Assembly (NCBI GenBank): GCA_963842525.1
Contig: CAWJGT010000009.1
Coordinates: forward strand, 96,001 to 160,000
DNA: 64,000 nt
DNA from: an uncultured Holophagales bacterium
GTDB lineage: Bacteria > Acidobacteriota > Thermoanaerobaculia > Multivoradales > UBA5704
Reading direction: 5' to 3'
Positions 38,536 to 49,441 of this stretch are shown here, piece by piece (the first letter of the stretch is position 1; each line of letters opens with the position of its first letter). The notes below the pieces were generated by a model. It ran no database searches, was not told the DNA's origin, and saw only the letters and a program-made list of their open reading frames with translations. The position numbers and the translations under genes were made by a program.

Positions 38536-39868
38536 CTACGGCCGCCTGCGCCATTCAAAGCGAAGAGAGGGCTCGCTCCGCGCCTCGCGCAGATAGGCCG
38601 CGACTTCGAGCGTCCGCTCGACCGTGAGCTGATCCTTCCGGGCCGCCTCCTGGAAGAGAGCAAGCGCAGCCAGGGCCTCCCGATGGACGTCCTGAGCCTG
38701 AAAAACAGGCAACATCTCCTCGGCAATCTGGCGCACATCGGCCGTCCGCCCCTGCCGCAGACAGAGGGCCGCCAGATCGAGGGAGACGATGGCGGCGTCG
38801 TATCCGATCCCCAGAGAGATGAAACCGTCGCGGGTCTGTCGATAAGCCCGTTCGGCCGCAGCCAGATCCTGCTGTCCCGCCGCGAGATCGCCGCGAAGCC
38901 AGACGAGGCGGAGCTGAAGCCAGGGCTCCTGCACCTGCCGATAGAGGCCCTCGTCGTCTGCCAGCAGCTCGGCCGCCTCCTCGAACCGCCCCGCCTGGAC
39001 CAACTGGAGGGTGAGGTTGTAGTGCCCGGCGATGTGCAGCCGCAGGTCCGACTCCGCACCCAAGAGATCCAGCGCCGAGCGGGTGGTCTCAATGGCACGA
39101 TCGAAGGAGCCGGAGGAATGATAAGTATCACCCAAGTTGATGAGGACCCGCGCGGCGTCTTCAGGAGCGTGTATCAGATCGAATTGCACGGCGGCGCGCT
39201 TCAGCAGTCTCTCGGCTTCGGGGAAGCGACGCTGATCCTTGCGCAGCGATCCCATAAGATCATCCACCCTGGCGACGACTGCCGGGTCGGTGACGCCGTG
39301 CTCCGCCATGACCTGGCGCGCAAGGGTGAAAAGCCGGCCTGCCTCCTGAGGATCATCCCCCACCCTCCGAGCGTTTCCCATGTGAGCCGTCGCCAGGACA
39401 TAGAGGTCGAAGTACTCAGGCATCCGTGGATTGCGATTCGCAATCTTGCGAGCCAGATCCGCCCACTGGAACGCCTCGGCAGGCCGCTCCGGAATGCAGC
39501 CTCGGCTCTTCTCGAGCAGCAAGCGGACCAGGGCCGGGCTCCGAAAGCGTCCCCGGGCACGCTCGATCCGTCCTATCCGTTCCTCGGGGGAAAGGGTGAG
39601 AAGATCCCGCAGGTCCCGTTCGGCGCGCCGAAGCTCCCGGGAAGCTCCAGGCCATCCATCGCTCGAGGAGCATCGAGAGAATCTGGAAGACTCGGCTCAG
39701 GACAGACGTCCCGGCACGGCGCTCCGCCTCATAAGCTTCGACCTCCGCCCGGCAGTGAGGGCAGAGGCTGAGGAGGTGCTCTGCCCTGATCTCGTCGACG
39801 AAGCTCCTCGGCAGCTTCCCGTCATCGGCCGCTCGCAGGATCTCGCGCGAGAGATGGATATCGTCCAT
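38536..39868 (-). CDS. TPR-repeat protein with N-terminal zinc-finger-like HLxxxCxxC; frameshift near 39645
   Basis: EHLLSLCPHC; helical repeats; EMLPVFQAQDVHREALAALALF tail. Confidence 0.75.
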
Positions 39869-39983
39869 GGTCTGTTCCCCGCGGATTCACAGAGTCAGTT
39901 CTGCGCGAGGATAACAAAGAATCGTGCCGGCGGCACGTCGCGACGTGTCGAGAGCGCCGCCGGCACGGAAAGAGGAGCCCGCA

Positions 39984-40223
39984 CTAGCCGTTCGGGTCGA
40001 TGCCGTGGCCGCGATCGGGATCCGAGGACTGCAGACCGTCAGGGTCGATTTCGTGATCCAAGAGCACGAAGGCGGTCCGGACCAGATGCCAGATCTGCTC
40101 GAGGACGGACGGGAAGGCCGCTTGAGGTCGGGGCAGGCGCTCGCCCGCCGCGAGGGCGAGCGGAGGGGCCGCGACCGCCAGGAGAAGGATGAGAGCGAGG
40201 GCGCGGACCAGAGGATGTCGCAT
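39984..40223 (-). CDS. Small secreted peptide with two C-terminal IDPxG repeats
   Basis: Signal peptide; DHEIDPDG..GHGIDPNG-stop; AAGGAG RBS. Confidence 0.72.
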   Translation of the reverse strand: MRHPLVRALALILLLAVAAPPLALAAGERLPRPQAAFPSVLEQIWHLVRTAFVLLDHEIDPDGLQSSDPDRGHGIDPNG

Positions 40224-40525
40224 GAGCAGCTCCTTTTCCGGGCACGGCAACCCCGGGGGTTCCGTTCAAGGGGACCTCGGGCCGGCCCTACAAGGAAGAG
40301 TGCGGGGAATGCCGCCTCGCCAGCCCGCCCCGGATCTGGTGGACGCCGAGGGGGTGCCTATCACAGCGTAGAAGGCATCCCGGGATAAAGTCGCCCGGCA
40401 GGGCGGAAGGAACAGCGGCACATAGAGATAGGCCCCCTTTTCTCAAAAAGCCTCGGGCGTTTTATCCGTCGATCTTGGACGTCCAAGCAGCCCACGGGGT
40501 GCCTTATTCTCCTTCTCTGGTCGCG

Positions 40526-40554
40526 TTGACTCACCCGACGCAGGGGAGTATGCT
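40526..40554 (+). promoter_or_regulatory. Sigma70-type promoter facing cassette array B
   Basis: TTGACT-17 nt-TATGCT, about 100 bp upstream of GTTGGGC at 40657. Confidence 0.7.
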
Positions 40555-40664
40555 CTTCTAAGTTGAGGAGCGACAGGATGTTAGCGCCAGGATAGCGAAG
40601 AGGGTTGAGGCGCTTATACGTGGCGTAGAAGCCCTATGCCGTCGCTCCTCGTAGCTGTTGGGCG

Positions 40665-42038
40665 GTGAAACTTCACAAGATGCCTGGAAGCGCCATGGAT
40701 ATTCTTAAGCTTCTCACAGAAGCTGTTCTGCAGATATTAGTCGGCTATCTTGAGTTTGCCGTGGATTTGTTTAGCCTTCAAGGATTAAGCCCGTACATCC
40801 TCTCTGATAAGGTCAACCCTCGCCTGCTCTCATATTTTATAGTCGGATCGACTATCGCTTATTTCCTTACTAAGGGAAAATCGCTCCCGGGCCTGTCTTC
40901 TTATACAACTAACTCTGAGGAGCGCAGGGCGAGAGATTTGGAAAAATTTGGATTCACAGTCTTCTGGATCTTTCTCTACGCGGCCTCCTCTCACGGCGTT
41001 CTACTCTTGACTAGCAGTCTTTGGCCAGCCGCGAAGATTGGGACCGCGCGCGATACTCTAAATGCCTGGCTGGCGTCGGCTGCAATCATGCTTCCCCTGG
41101 GTGTCATCTCGCTTAGGTTGAGTAGCGCCTCCTCATTATTCATAGCTCAGGGCAAGAAAGAAACGTACAGTGCCTCTGATTGGTTGAATGACAGACCTTG
41201 GATTCCACGCCATGAGCAGACAGCAGGAAATTTGGTAGCTGGAATGGCTTTGCTCGCGCTTTCGCTTTGTATCGACATTGTTATTTTTGTTTACTATGGC
41301 CTGACATTGGCGCGTATGCATCGACTGGAGCCTGTAGTTGGGCTTCTGCCGGGACTGCTGTATTTTTCTGTGGTGGCAGTTGTAGTTGTCATCTTTTGGC
41401 TGAGGGCCGGGTTCGAGAAACGGCGCACGGCAAAAATTATCAGGGCGAGACGGCGCCGCTTTCAAAATCCATATATGCTCACTGGCTCAGGACAAGTAAA
41501 CTCTGCTCAAGAGGTTGGTGCCTCGGAGGTAGACGGAAAGCCAATCAGCGCTTGGATAGAAATCGCAAATGGAGGACACTGCGACCCTCCTGTCTATAGG
41601 AGACGCAATTGGTGGCATCTGCGGAAGGTCTGCATTAAGGAGGCAGCATGGGAGTACGACCTTGCTGCACAGCTCAATGCTATAGAAGCACTTGGCAAAT
41701 CTGAGAGCGAGGAGGCATTGGATTTTCTGTCCACGCTCCTGATATCTGAATCATCGGAGTCGATGGATGCCGACACTATTACAGAAGCGGTGCGTTTTCC
41801 AAGCGCTCGAGGGCCTTTGTATGAGCACCTTTGCTATACCCACTCGGAAAACGAGATGGACTACGATCCTTGGACTGATGAGCAACATCGAGAGCAGCGA
41901 AGTAGAATTCAAGGACATCAAGTTATAAGAGAGGCAGAACTAAAGCTGTACATGCACAGAAAGAACCGCGCAAAGCTTGCGCGGACACGCCCAACCAACG
42001 CCTCCAGCGGACAGTCGGCTTTGCCGTCTGCACGCTAA
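40665..42038 (+). CDS. Cassette gene: hypothetical multi-TM protein with soluble C-terminal domain
   Basis: Low GC; begins after GTTGGGC and ends within the attC; the start may be ATG 40695. Confidence 0.7.
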   Translation: MKLHKMPGSAMDILKLLTEAVLQILVGYLEFAVDLFSLQGLSPYILSDKVNPRLLSYFIVGSTIAYFLTKGKSLPGLSSYTTNSEERRARDLEKFGFTVFWIFLYAASSHGVLLLTSSLWPAAKIGTARDTLNAWLASAAIMLPLGVISLRLSSASSLFIAQGKKETYSASDWLNDRPWIPRHEQTAGNLVAGMALLALSLCIDIVIFVYYGLTLARMHRLEPVVGLLPGLLYFSVVAVVVVIFWLRAGFEKRRTAKIIRARRRRFQNPYMLTGSGQVNSAQEVGASEVDGKPISAWIEIANGGHCDPPVYRRRNWWHLRKVCIKEAAWEYDLAAQLNAIEALGKSESEEALDFLSTLLISESSESMDADTITEAVRFPSARGPLYEHLCYTHSENEMDYDPWTDEQHREQRSRIQGHQVIREAELKLYMHRKNRAKLARTRPTNASSGQSALPSAR

Positions 42039-42056
42039 GGCGCCACAGCGTTGGCC
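41989..42056 (+). other. Integron attC site (68 bp)
   Basis: GCCCAAC-caacgccTCCAGCGGAC...GCTAAGgcgccacagc-GTTGGCC. Confidence 0.82.
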
Positions 42057-42075
42057 GGTAGATGGGAGTGAATGT

Positions 42076-42981
42076 ATGAGATTGTACAAATACCTCTCTC
42101 CAAGGCGCTGCGATGTTCTTAGCGACCTACATGTCCGCTTCACCCAGGCCATAGAATTCAATGATCCGTTCGACGTCACGCCCGTCATGAAGCAGGTTGT
42201 TCCACTAAGCCCCGTAGCGAAAGATTTAGGGCGGCTTAGTCCGGGAGTTTTAGGGCATCTTGCCGACTTCCTGGGGCATGACGCTATTCCACCGTTGAAA
42301 CCCCGTGTTATCGATATGCCACCGGAACTCTCGCTGACGTTCCAACTAACGTTCGCGGAACAATTTGGTATTCTTAGTCTTAGCGAAGTGCCCACTAGCT
42401 TGCTTATGTGGTCACACTATGCTGATCGGCATCAGGGTTTCGTCGTTGAGTTCGACGCGACCAATGCCTTCTTCGCTAGGCCGACTGCTCGCGCCGGAGT
42501 CGGCCGACTGTTGAAGGTAGAATATGCCCGCGAACGACCTGCGGTTATATTCGATCCCGAAGCGCATGCAGCGGACCCGGAAGCTACCCGAAGCCTGCTC
42601 ATTCGACAGGTCCTACTTACAAAGAGTTCTGAATGGGAATATGAACGAGAGTGGCGAATGGTACTTCCACTCACTGATTCGAAGCTCTACCCGCACAGAG
42701 TCGTGAGCCGGTGTCATCTCTTCCCGCTGCAGCCTGAAGCCATTACTGCAGTTATTATTGGCGCCCGAGCAACAGAAGAAACAAAGGCGGCCATAAAACA
42801 AGCACTCACTTCGAGTGCTATACTTAGACACGTACAAATCAGCCAAGCTCGTATTGATGATAGTCGCTTCGGATTATGCTTCGATGTGGTCACTAGAAAA
42901 GGCAGCGCGGTTGAGCAATCGCCATATACGCGAGCAGGAAACCTTGGTTCGGCCAACCAAGCGGCTCCAGCGGACGGCTGA
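42076..42981 (+). CDS. Cassette gene: DUF2971 domain protein
   Basis: RLYKY, FNDPFD, LMWSHYADRHQGFVVEF, KSSEWEYEREWR. Confidence 0.88.
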   Translation: MRLYKYLSPRRCDVLSDLHVRFTQAIEFNDPFDVTPVMKQVVPLSPVAKDLGRLSPGVLGHLADFLGHDAIPPLKPRVIDMPPELSLTFQLTFAEQFGILSLSEVPTSLLMWSHYADRHQGFVVEFDATNAFFARPTARAGVGRLLKVEYARERPAVIFDPEAHAADPEATRSLLIRQVLLTKSSEWEYEREWRMVLPLTDSKLYPHRVVSRCHLFPLQPEAITAVIIGARATEETKAAIKQALTSSAILRHVQISQARIDDSRFGLCFDVVTRKGSAVEQSPYTRAGNLGSANQAAPADG

Positions 42982-43012
42982 CGCCGCGCGCTGAGCCGCC
43001 ACAGCGTTGGGC
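42951..43012 (+). other. Integron attC site (62 bp)
   Basis: GGCCAAC-caagcggcTCCAGCGGAC...CGCTGAGccgccacagc-GTTGGGC. Confidence 0.88.
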
Positions 43013-43096
43013 GTAAAGCACGGAAGTGTCCACATGACACAAGCAGAGATTTCCGGCATCTCACCCTTTGCAGCGGACAGCGCACGGGCGTTCGTC

Positions 43097-43124
43097 GGCC
43101 GGCAAGGATGCCGGCGCTCCCAGC
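43097..43124 (+). repeat. REP-like palindrome identical to 8273-8300
   Basis: GGCCGGCAAGGATGCCGGCGCTCCCAGC. Confidence 0.8.
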
Positions 43125-43360
43125 AATCACGAGTAGGCGGCGCCGACGCGACATGGGCGGGGGTCTACGCGGCGCAGAGGGCACCGGCGCTGTCCGGCTT
43201 TTGGGCGTAGCGGCGGTGATGAAGGGCATGCGTCACACGGAGTCTCTGGCAGTCCGCTGAATTCGCGAGAAAAGCGCGGCTGAAAAACGCCGTGCTCCCT
43301 TTGGGTCCGACGGACCGCCGGACAACGCGGCAGGCGGCTGAAGCTCGCGGCAGGTCGATC

Positions 43361-43770
43361 GGAATTTTCCAGCGCGCCCACGGAAGCGCCGCGCGCTCTT
43401 GGAACCCTCCAACGAGCCGTCGAAAACCGCGGCATGCACTCATGGAATCTCCTCTGCCCGCCGGAAGTCTCCGGCCCGCCGCCGGAGAACCAGGCAGGCC
43501 GTCGAAGGTGCCGGCAGCCCGTTGAAAATTCTCCAGCGCGCCAGCGGAAAACGCCGCTGGCGGCTGGAATTTTCGCCTGGGCCCCAGAATTCTCCAAAGG
43601 CTCCCGGAGTTTTCCGAAGCCCCATTGGAATTCTCCAACGCTGCAGCGGAAAAACTACCGTGGCCCGTTGGAATTCTCCAACGCGCCGCCGGAAAACGCT
43701 GTGCGCCGTTGGAATTTCTGGGAGACGTTGGGTTTTTACCGCGAGCCGTTGGAAAACTCCTCAGCTCATC
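43361..43770. repeat. Degenerate tandem array of about 20 units of 19-22 bp, core TTGGAATTCTCCAACGCGCC
   Basis: GGAA(T/A) cores recur about every 20 bp; best copies near 43625 and 43668. Confidence 0.75.
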
Positions 43771-43947
43771 GGAGTGTCCGGAGGACGGCTGAAAAGCTCT
43801 GCGAGCGCACGCGCCTTCGTGTTTCGGCGCAACCGCCCCCGATCCTAGTGGATGCGGACGTCCTCACTCGCGGCGAAGCTCGTCTGTTTCATGCCAGGAC
43901 AGCCGTGGTGTAAGCTCCGCTGAGCTTCGGCGATCCTGAGGCGAACG

Positions 43948-44460
43948 ATGCCTGTCTCGGCGACCAACTCCCAGACCGTCTACGATGCCCTCAAGGCGTG
44001 CGGGATCCGCTTGCTCTCCGTGCTTCCGGAGACCTGGTTGGTGCATCTGGTGAGCCTCGCGGAGGAGGACCCGGAGATGGTCCTGGTTCGCCTGGCAAAG
44101 GAGGAGGAGGGGGTGGGGGTGTCGGCGGGCGCACATCTCGCCGGCATGAAGTCGGCGATGTTGATGCAGAACCATGGCCTCCTGGCGAGCATCAACGGCA
44201 TCGTCTCCCTGGCCCAGCTGTACCGCATCCCCTTGGTGATGGTGGTGAGCCACCGCGGTGGGTTCGGGGAGGAGCACCCGTGGCAGACGGAAGGCGGAGG
44301 CGTCACCGAGCACGTCTTGGACGCTCTCCGCGTTCCCTACCTGGCCCTGGACGCGCCGGAGCATGTGGCCGCGCGCGTCCGTCAGGCCGTCGTGCTCGCC
44401 GAGGCCAGCCTGCGGCCGGTCGCCCTGCTGCTGTGCCGCGGCCTGATGTGGGAGGACTGA
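43948..44460 (+). CDS. Sulfopyruvate/phosphonopyruvate decarboxylase alpha-subunit-like protein
   Basis: KEEEGVGVSAGAHLAG, MQNHG, SHRG. Confidence 0.85.
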   Translation: MPVSATNSQTVYDALKACGIRLLSVLPETWLVHLVSLAEEDPEMVLVRLAKEEEGVGVSAGAHLAGMKSAMLMQNHGLLASINGIVSLAQLYRIPLVMVVSHRGGFGEEHPWQTEGGGVTEHVLDALRVPYLALDAPEHVAARVRQAVVLAEASLRPVALLLCRGLMWED

Positions 44461-45067
44461 TGCTCCGCGTCGACGCCCTCTCCGCCATCTATCCCGAGCT
44501 GACGCGGTGCATCGTGGTCACCAATATGGGGGCCGCGCCGGCCGAGCTGTTCTCCCTCGGACACCAGCCCGGCTTCTTCTATCTCTGGCATTCCATGGGC
44601 CTGGCCTCGTCGGTCGGCCTGGGAATCGCTTTGAGCCGTCCCGAGCTGCAGGTGGTGGTCATCGACGGCGACGGCTCGCTGCTCATGAACCTCGGGAGCC
44701 TGACCACGATGGCCCGGTACCGGCCGGCCAATCTCATCCACATCGTGTTCGACAACGAGGTCCTCCTCTCGGTGGGACGGAGCTTCACCACCGCAACCGC
44801 CACGGGATCGGACCTGGCCGCCATCGCCGCGGCCTCGGGCGTTCCCCGCACCGGCACCTGCCGTACAGAAGAGGAGCTCCAGAGCGCCCTGAGGGAAGCT
44901 CTTGTGGCCCGGGAGCTTTCCTGCCTGGTCGCCAAGGTCGAGCCGCAAGGGCCGGCGAGCTACTTCATCGATCTGCACTTCCTGGAGAACCGTTTTCAGT
45001 TCCAACGTCACCTGCGCAGCCTGGTATCTTCAGCCAGCCCAGCCGGCCCAGCCGAAGGAGACCGCCG

Positions 45068-45071
<4 letters not shown>
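44460..45071 (+). CDS. TPP-dependent decarboxylase beta-subunit-like protein
   Basis: SMGLASSVGLG, DGDGSLLMN..DNE TPP motif. Confidence 0.85.
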
Positions 45072-45868
<797 letters not shown>

Positions 45869-45912
45869 ACGGCGGGATAGGTTCGGAATATTTTCCTGTG
45901 GGCCGCCGGGTC

Positions 45913-46887
45913 TCAGCTCGTCTCGTCGATGACCTCGGCGACCGAAGCGGCCACAGCGGCCTTCTCCAGCCAGCGCTCCAGCCGCTCGGCGTCCTTCTGA
46001 GCCAGGATGTGCTCGCGGACGGCATCCGGCACCGCAATGCCGCGAGCCCGCAGCACGGCCAGCAGTCCCTTGGTGAGCCCCTCTTCGCGCCCCTTGGTGA
46101 GTCCCTCTTCGCGTCCCTCTGTGAATCCCTCTTCATGCCCCTCTTCCCTCCCCTGCCGTTCGGCCAGGCTGAGGGCACCGCGGGCATCCTGCTCGGCGAT
46201 CTTCGCACGGTCGTACAGGTCGAGCTCTCCCGCACTGAAACCCGCCATGCGCGCCACCTCGAGCGCCTCCCGGTACGGCGGCACCGATAAGGCCAGCGGC
46301 ACCACCTCCAGGTTCTCCGCTTCCCGGAAAAAGTAGGCCCAGCGGTCGATCGTCCCTTGCGGATCGTTGCCCGATGCGTATTTAGGCAGCTCGAGAAACA
46401 CGTACTGCACCTGAGAAAGACCCAGGGCGCCGCCATGCTGCTCCTGCATCCGCCAACGGCTCAGCATCGGCACCGGCGCCCCACCCCGCACCGCCGGCCC
46501 GGGCCAGAGCAGGAAATCACAGATCGTCACCCCCACTACGTCATCGAGGCCAGGGTAGTCCTCCCCGGTGCGCAGTTGGGTCACATATGCCTTGGACGTG
46601 TTGTAGACCACCCGCTTCTCGAATCCCTCCACGTTGAGCACCTGCATCTCGACCACGTAGTGCCGCCCGCGCTCGTCGAAGCATTTGACGTCCACCAACG
46701 ACAGCTTCAGCTCCTCCACTGGCACGTGCTGCTCGGCGGAGAGGTACTTGAGCTCGACGATCCGATGGTCGCCAGAGAGCTCCAGCAGGGCGTTGAGCAA
46801 CTCGATGAGGAGCGGCTTGTGGACTTCACTGCCAAAGATGCGTTTGAAGACGAAGTCGGTCTTGGGATCCGCGAATACGGGCCGCAT
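45913..46887 (-). CDS. Rpn/YhgA-like PD-(D/E)xK recombination-promoting nuclease
   Basis: DFVFKRIFG, VDV..VVEMQ, FLELPK, GREEG repeats. Confidence 0.88.
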   Translation of the reverse strand: MRPVFADPKTDFVFKRIFGSEVHKPLLIELLNALLELSGDHRIVELKYLSAEQHVPVEELKLSLVDVKCFDERGRHYVVEMQVLNVEGFEKRVVYNTSKAYVTQLRTGEDYPGLDDVVGVTICDFLLWPGPAVRGGAPVPMLSRWRMQEQHGGALGLSQVQYVFLELPKYASGNDPQGTIDRWAYFFREAENLEVVPLALSVPPYREALEVARMAGFSAGELDLYDRAKIAEQDARGALSLAERQGREEGHEEGFTEGREEGLTKGREEGLTKGLLAVLRARGIAVPDAVREHILAQKDAERLERWLEKAAVAASVAEVIDETS

Positions 46888-46996
46888 CGAGAGATCCTAC
46901 CGCAAGCCGGAGAGGAAAGGCAGGTCCATGCCGGATAGGTTCCCCCAGACTCCAGGCATGCCCCGCACCTGCCTCCTCGGGTATATTGCCCGAAGA

Positions 46997-47473
46997 ATGA
47001 GACCCCTCGTTCTCGTCGTCATCGTTGCCGCTGCTGCCTGCGCCACCACCCCGCAAGCCGTGCGGCCTCCGTCCGCGCCGCCGCGGCTGGCGTGCGTGAT
47101 GCCCGACGGCGATCGCGCCTGGATCGACCGAGCCCTCGAGGCGTGGCGCTTCACGGCGCGCGAGATCACTGGCATCGGCAGCGTGCCCGCGCGGGGCAGC
47201 CAATGGTCGCAGACGGAAGGATTCGCGGTGGTGATGGCCATCGATCGCCTCGCCGGGGCCGGTTGGAAGCGCCACGCCTTCGGCGATGGGGCGAAGACCG
47301 TGCTCGAGATGCTCGACCACGTGCTCGACGCGACGGGCAGCGGCGCAGCCGTCCCGCGCCGGCCCCCGACCCTGGACGTTTGGGCAGTGACTGCCCCGAA
47401 TCCCTGGCCCGGCCCAAAGCCCGCGCTCCCGGGCAGAAAAAGAGTCTTGACAGCCGCAACCGGGGAGCGGTAG
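46997..47473 (+). pseudogene. Lipoprotein fragment, apparently internally deleted
   Basis: Lipobox AAAC; abrupt junction before WSQTEGFAVV. Confidence 0.4.
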
Positions 47474-47476
47474 TGT
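47447..47476 (+). promoter_or_regulatory. Possible sigma70 promoter upstream of the 47641 ORF
   Basis: TTGACA-18 nt-TAGTGT. Confidence 0.4.
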
Positions 47477-47640
47477 GGCGGCAGTTCGCTGGTCCCGTAT
47501 CCCGAAAGGAGGTCCAGAGCCCGGAAAGCCCCCATCCTACCCTCAACAGTGTGTCCGAACTGTCGTTTTCAAACAAGCGGCCCGGAGCAAGGGTTGGCCC
47601 CCTTACCCCAGGCCTACCAACGCAATAGGAGACAAGTCCT

Positions 47641-48142
47641 ATGCGTGGCACCGACGATGGTAGCACCCGGCATCCCTGGAACGCTGCCTTTCACCCCCGC
47701 TTCCTCCAGCTCTTCGGCGAACGCGACGAGCCGCCCACCGCAGGCGAGGCCGACGTGGCCGGACCCTGGCACGTCGAGCCCGTCGGGCCCGCCGGCAACC
47801 ACTTCGGCCTGTTCCGGGCCGGCGAGAGCGCTGCGGCCGGCCACCGGCCCACGGCGGTTTTCATCTCCCCGTTCTACGCCCTGCTCGCCGCCGCCGTCCT
47901 GCCCGGCATCGGCCGGGACCTGGCTTTCCGCCTGAAGACCGAGCCCGACCAGGAAGGCTACGCCGTCCAGAGCCGGGGTGACTGGGGAGAGCCCATCGGC
48001 TGGCTCGAGCTGTTCGACGAGCGACTGAGCGAAGCTCTCCATCTCCCTGACCTTCCTGCTGGAAGCGGCCGGCGCCGTGGCGCTCGACCGCTCCGGCACC
48101 CTGTTGTACGAGCGGGTTGCCGGGCCGCCTGAGGCGGCGTAG
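47641..48142 (+). CDS. Hypothetical protein; frameshift near 48050
   Basis: AGGAG RBS; ERDEPPTAGEADVAGPW; another frame continues LTFLLEAAGAVAL. Confidence 0.55.
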
Positions 48143-48219
48143 CCCTGTGACCGGGGAGGCGCTTCGCCGCCTCTCCGGTCATGTATGGCCGATGCGAGAC
48201 CTCCTTTAAGCGTAATGAT

Positions 48220-48379
48220 CCCGGCGTGCACCGCAGCACTGCAGATGGAGGAGGGCCGAGCAACAATTCGGATTCGTCCCGGAGCTGAGTCGTACGTTGG
48301 AACTACCAGTCATGGGGTCGTCAGCCAGCCTTACGGAGGGTATTCGGGCAGTGTTGTTTTATCAAGTGAAAGCAAGTGA
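48220..48379 (+). pseudogene. LCCL-domain C-terminal fragment
   Basis: CTAA..IRIRPG..SYVG..HGVVS..YG pattern. Confidence 0.45.
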
Positions 48380-48408
48380 AAGCACCAGGAGAGGTGCCAG
48401 CCACTTAT
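48374..48408. repeat. Palindromic REP-like element (AAGTG..GCACC..GGTGCCAGCCACTTAT)
   Basis: Near-identical copy at 52440-52474; partial copies near 5277-5292 and 59622-59652. Confidence 0.7.
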
Positions 48409-49208
48409 CAAACCTGCACCTCGGTGCTGCAGTAAAGGTCGCGTCGCCGTTCCAGGTCTGCCTTGACGGCGCGTTTGAGCTCCTTGCTGCCAGGCGGTTG
48501 CCTCAAGGACCGGCAGTAGGCCTCGATGTCGACCGGCTCGACGCGGACGCGGATCGTCTTGAACGGCCGCGGCAGGAACTGGCCGGGGATCTGGACGTGG
48601 TGCAGGCCGCCGCTGTAGGCAAGGAGCATGCGGCCGTTGCCCACGACTTGCAGGATGTCGGCGATGCCGCCGCGAACGGTCATGGGCCGGCCCTCGAGGT
48701 CCAGGCCCGTGGCACGCTTCATCCGGCCTTCCGGGGCGAGCAGGGCCATGCTGTCGGGGCCGATGCTGGAAAGGAACTGCTGCCAGGTGTGATCGCGCTC
48801 GCGGCTGACCGTGACGACGCTGCCGGCAAGGAATCCGAAGAACCTCCCCACAAGCGGGCGCCGCATGGTTTTCGCGGCCGACGGCAGCACGCCGTGCCTC
48901 GCCAGGCGGCGGAGGAAGCGGTTCGGCGGGACGGCGACGAAGAGCCAGTCGTAGAGGCTGGTGTGATTGAGCAGAGCGACGACGCGGACGCCACTCCAGG
49001 GATCGTCCACCGGCTCGCCGACCCAGTGGACCTCGATGCGGAAGAAGGCCCGGCTCAGCGCCTTGGCGCAAACCAGCACGAGGTAGCTCAGGTGCTGCCG
49101 CCACGCCGCCGCCGAGGGCTCCCCACCCGCGCCGGCTCGCGCCGGCTCCGGGCGCCGCGGCGGTGGGCCAGCAACACCGTCCGAGACGTTACTTCGTTCA
49201 CTGTGCAT
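48408..49208 (-). CDS. PlsC-like acyltransferase
   Basis: NHTSLYD (HxxxxD) and APEGR motifs. Confidence 0.8.
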   Translation of the reverse strand: MHSERSNVSDGVAGPPPRRPEPARAGAGGEPSAAAWRQHLSYLVLVCAKALSRAFFRIEVHWVGEPVDDPWSGVRVVALLNHTSLYDWLFVAVPPNRFLRRLARHGVLPSAAKTMRRPLVGRFFGFLAGSVVTVSRERDHTWQQFLSSIGPDSMALLAPEGRMKRATGLDLEGRPMTVRGGIADILQVVGNGRMLLAYSGGLHHVQIPGQFLPRPFKTIRVRVEPVDIEAYCRSLRQPPGSKELKRAVKADLERRRDLYCSTEVQV

Positions 49209-49441
49209 AAATCTATCTAATCGATGGGCCGGCGCAGTGCAGACTTGAGATTCTCGCGTCATAGGTTGATTGTTGTCAAGGCGCGAGGGCGGCTCGGGAG
49301 CCGGGCGGCCGTCCTTGCTTGCAAAGCCATAGAGAATCCTTTAGGCTGAATAACGCTCAAGATGGTGAACATTGCCGCCAGACGAGTGCCCAGGTGCTCT
49401 ATCTGAACGGTATCCCTGTCAGCGAGACGGGAGTCGTGGTC

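Noticed and set aside
46070-46160. Short tandem repeats in the Rpn gene
   Set aside because: Ordinary GREEG coding repeats typical of the family
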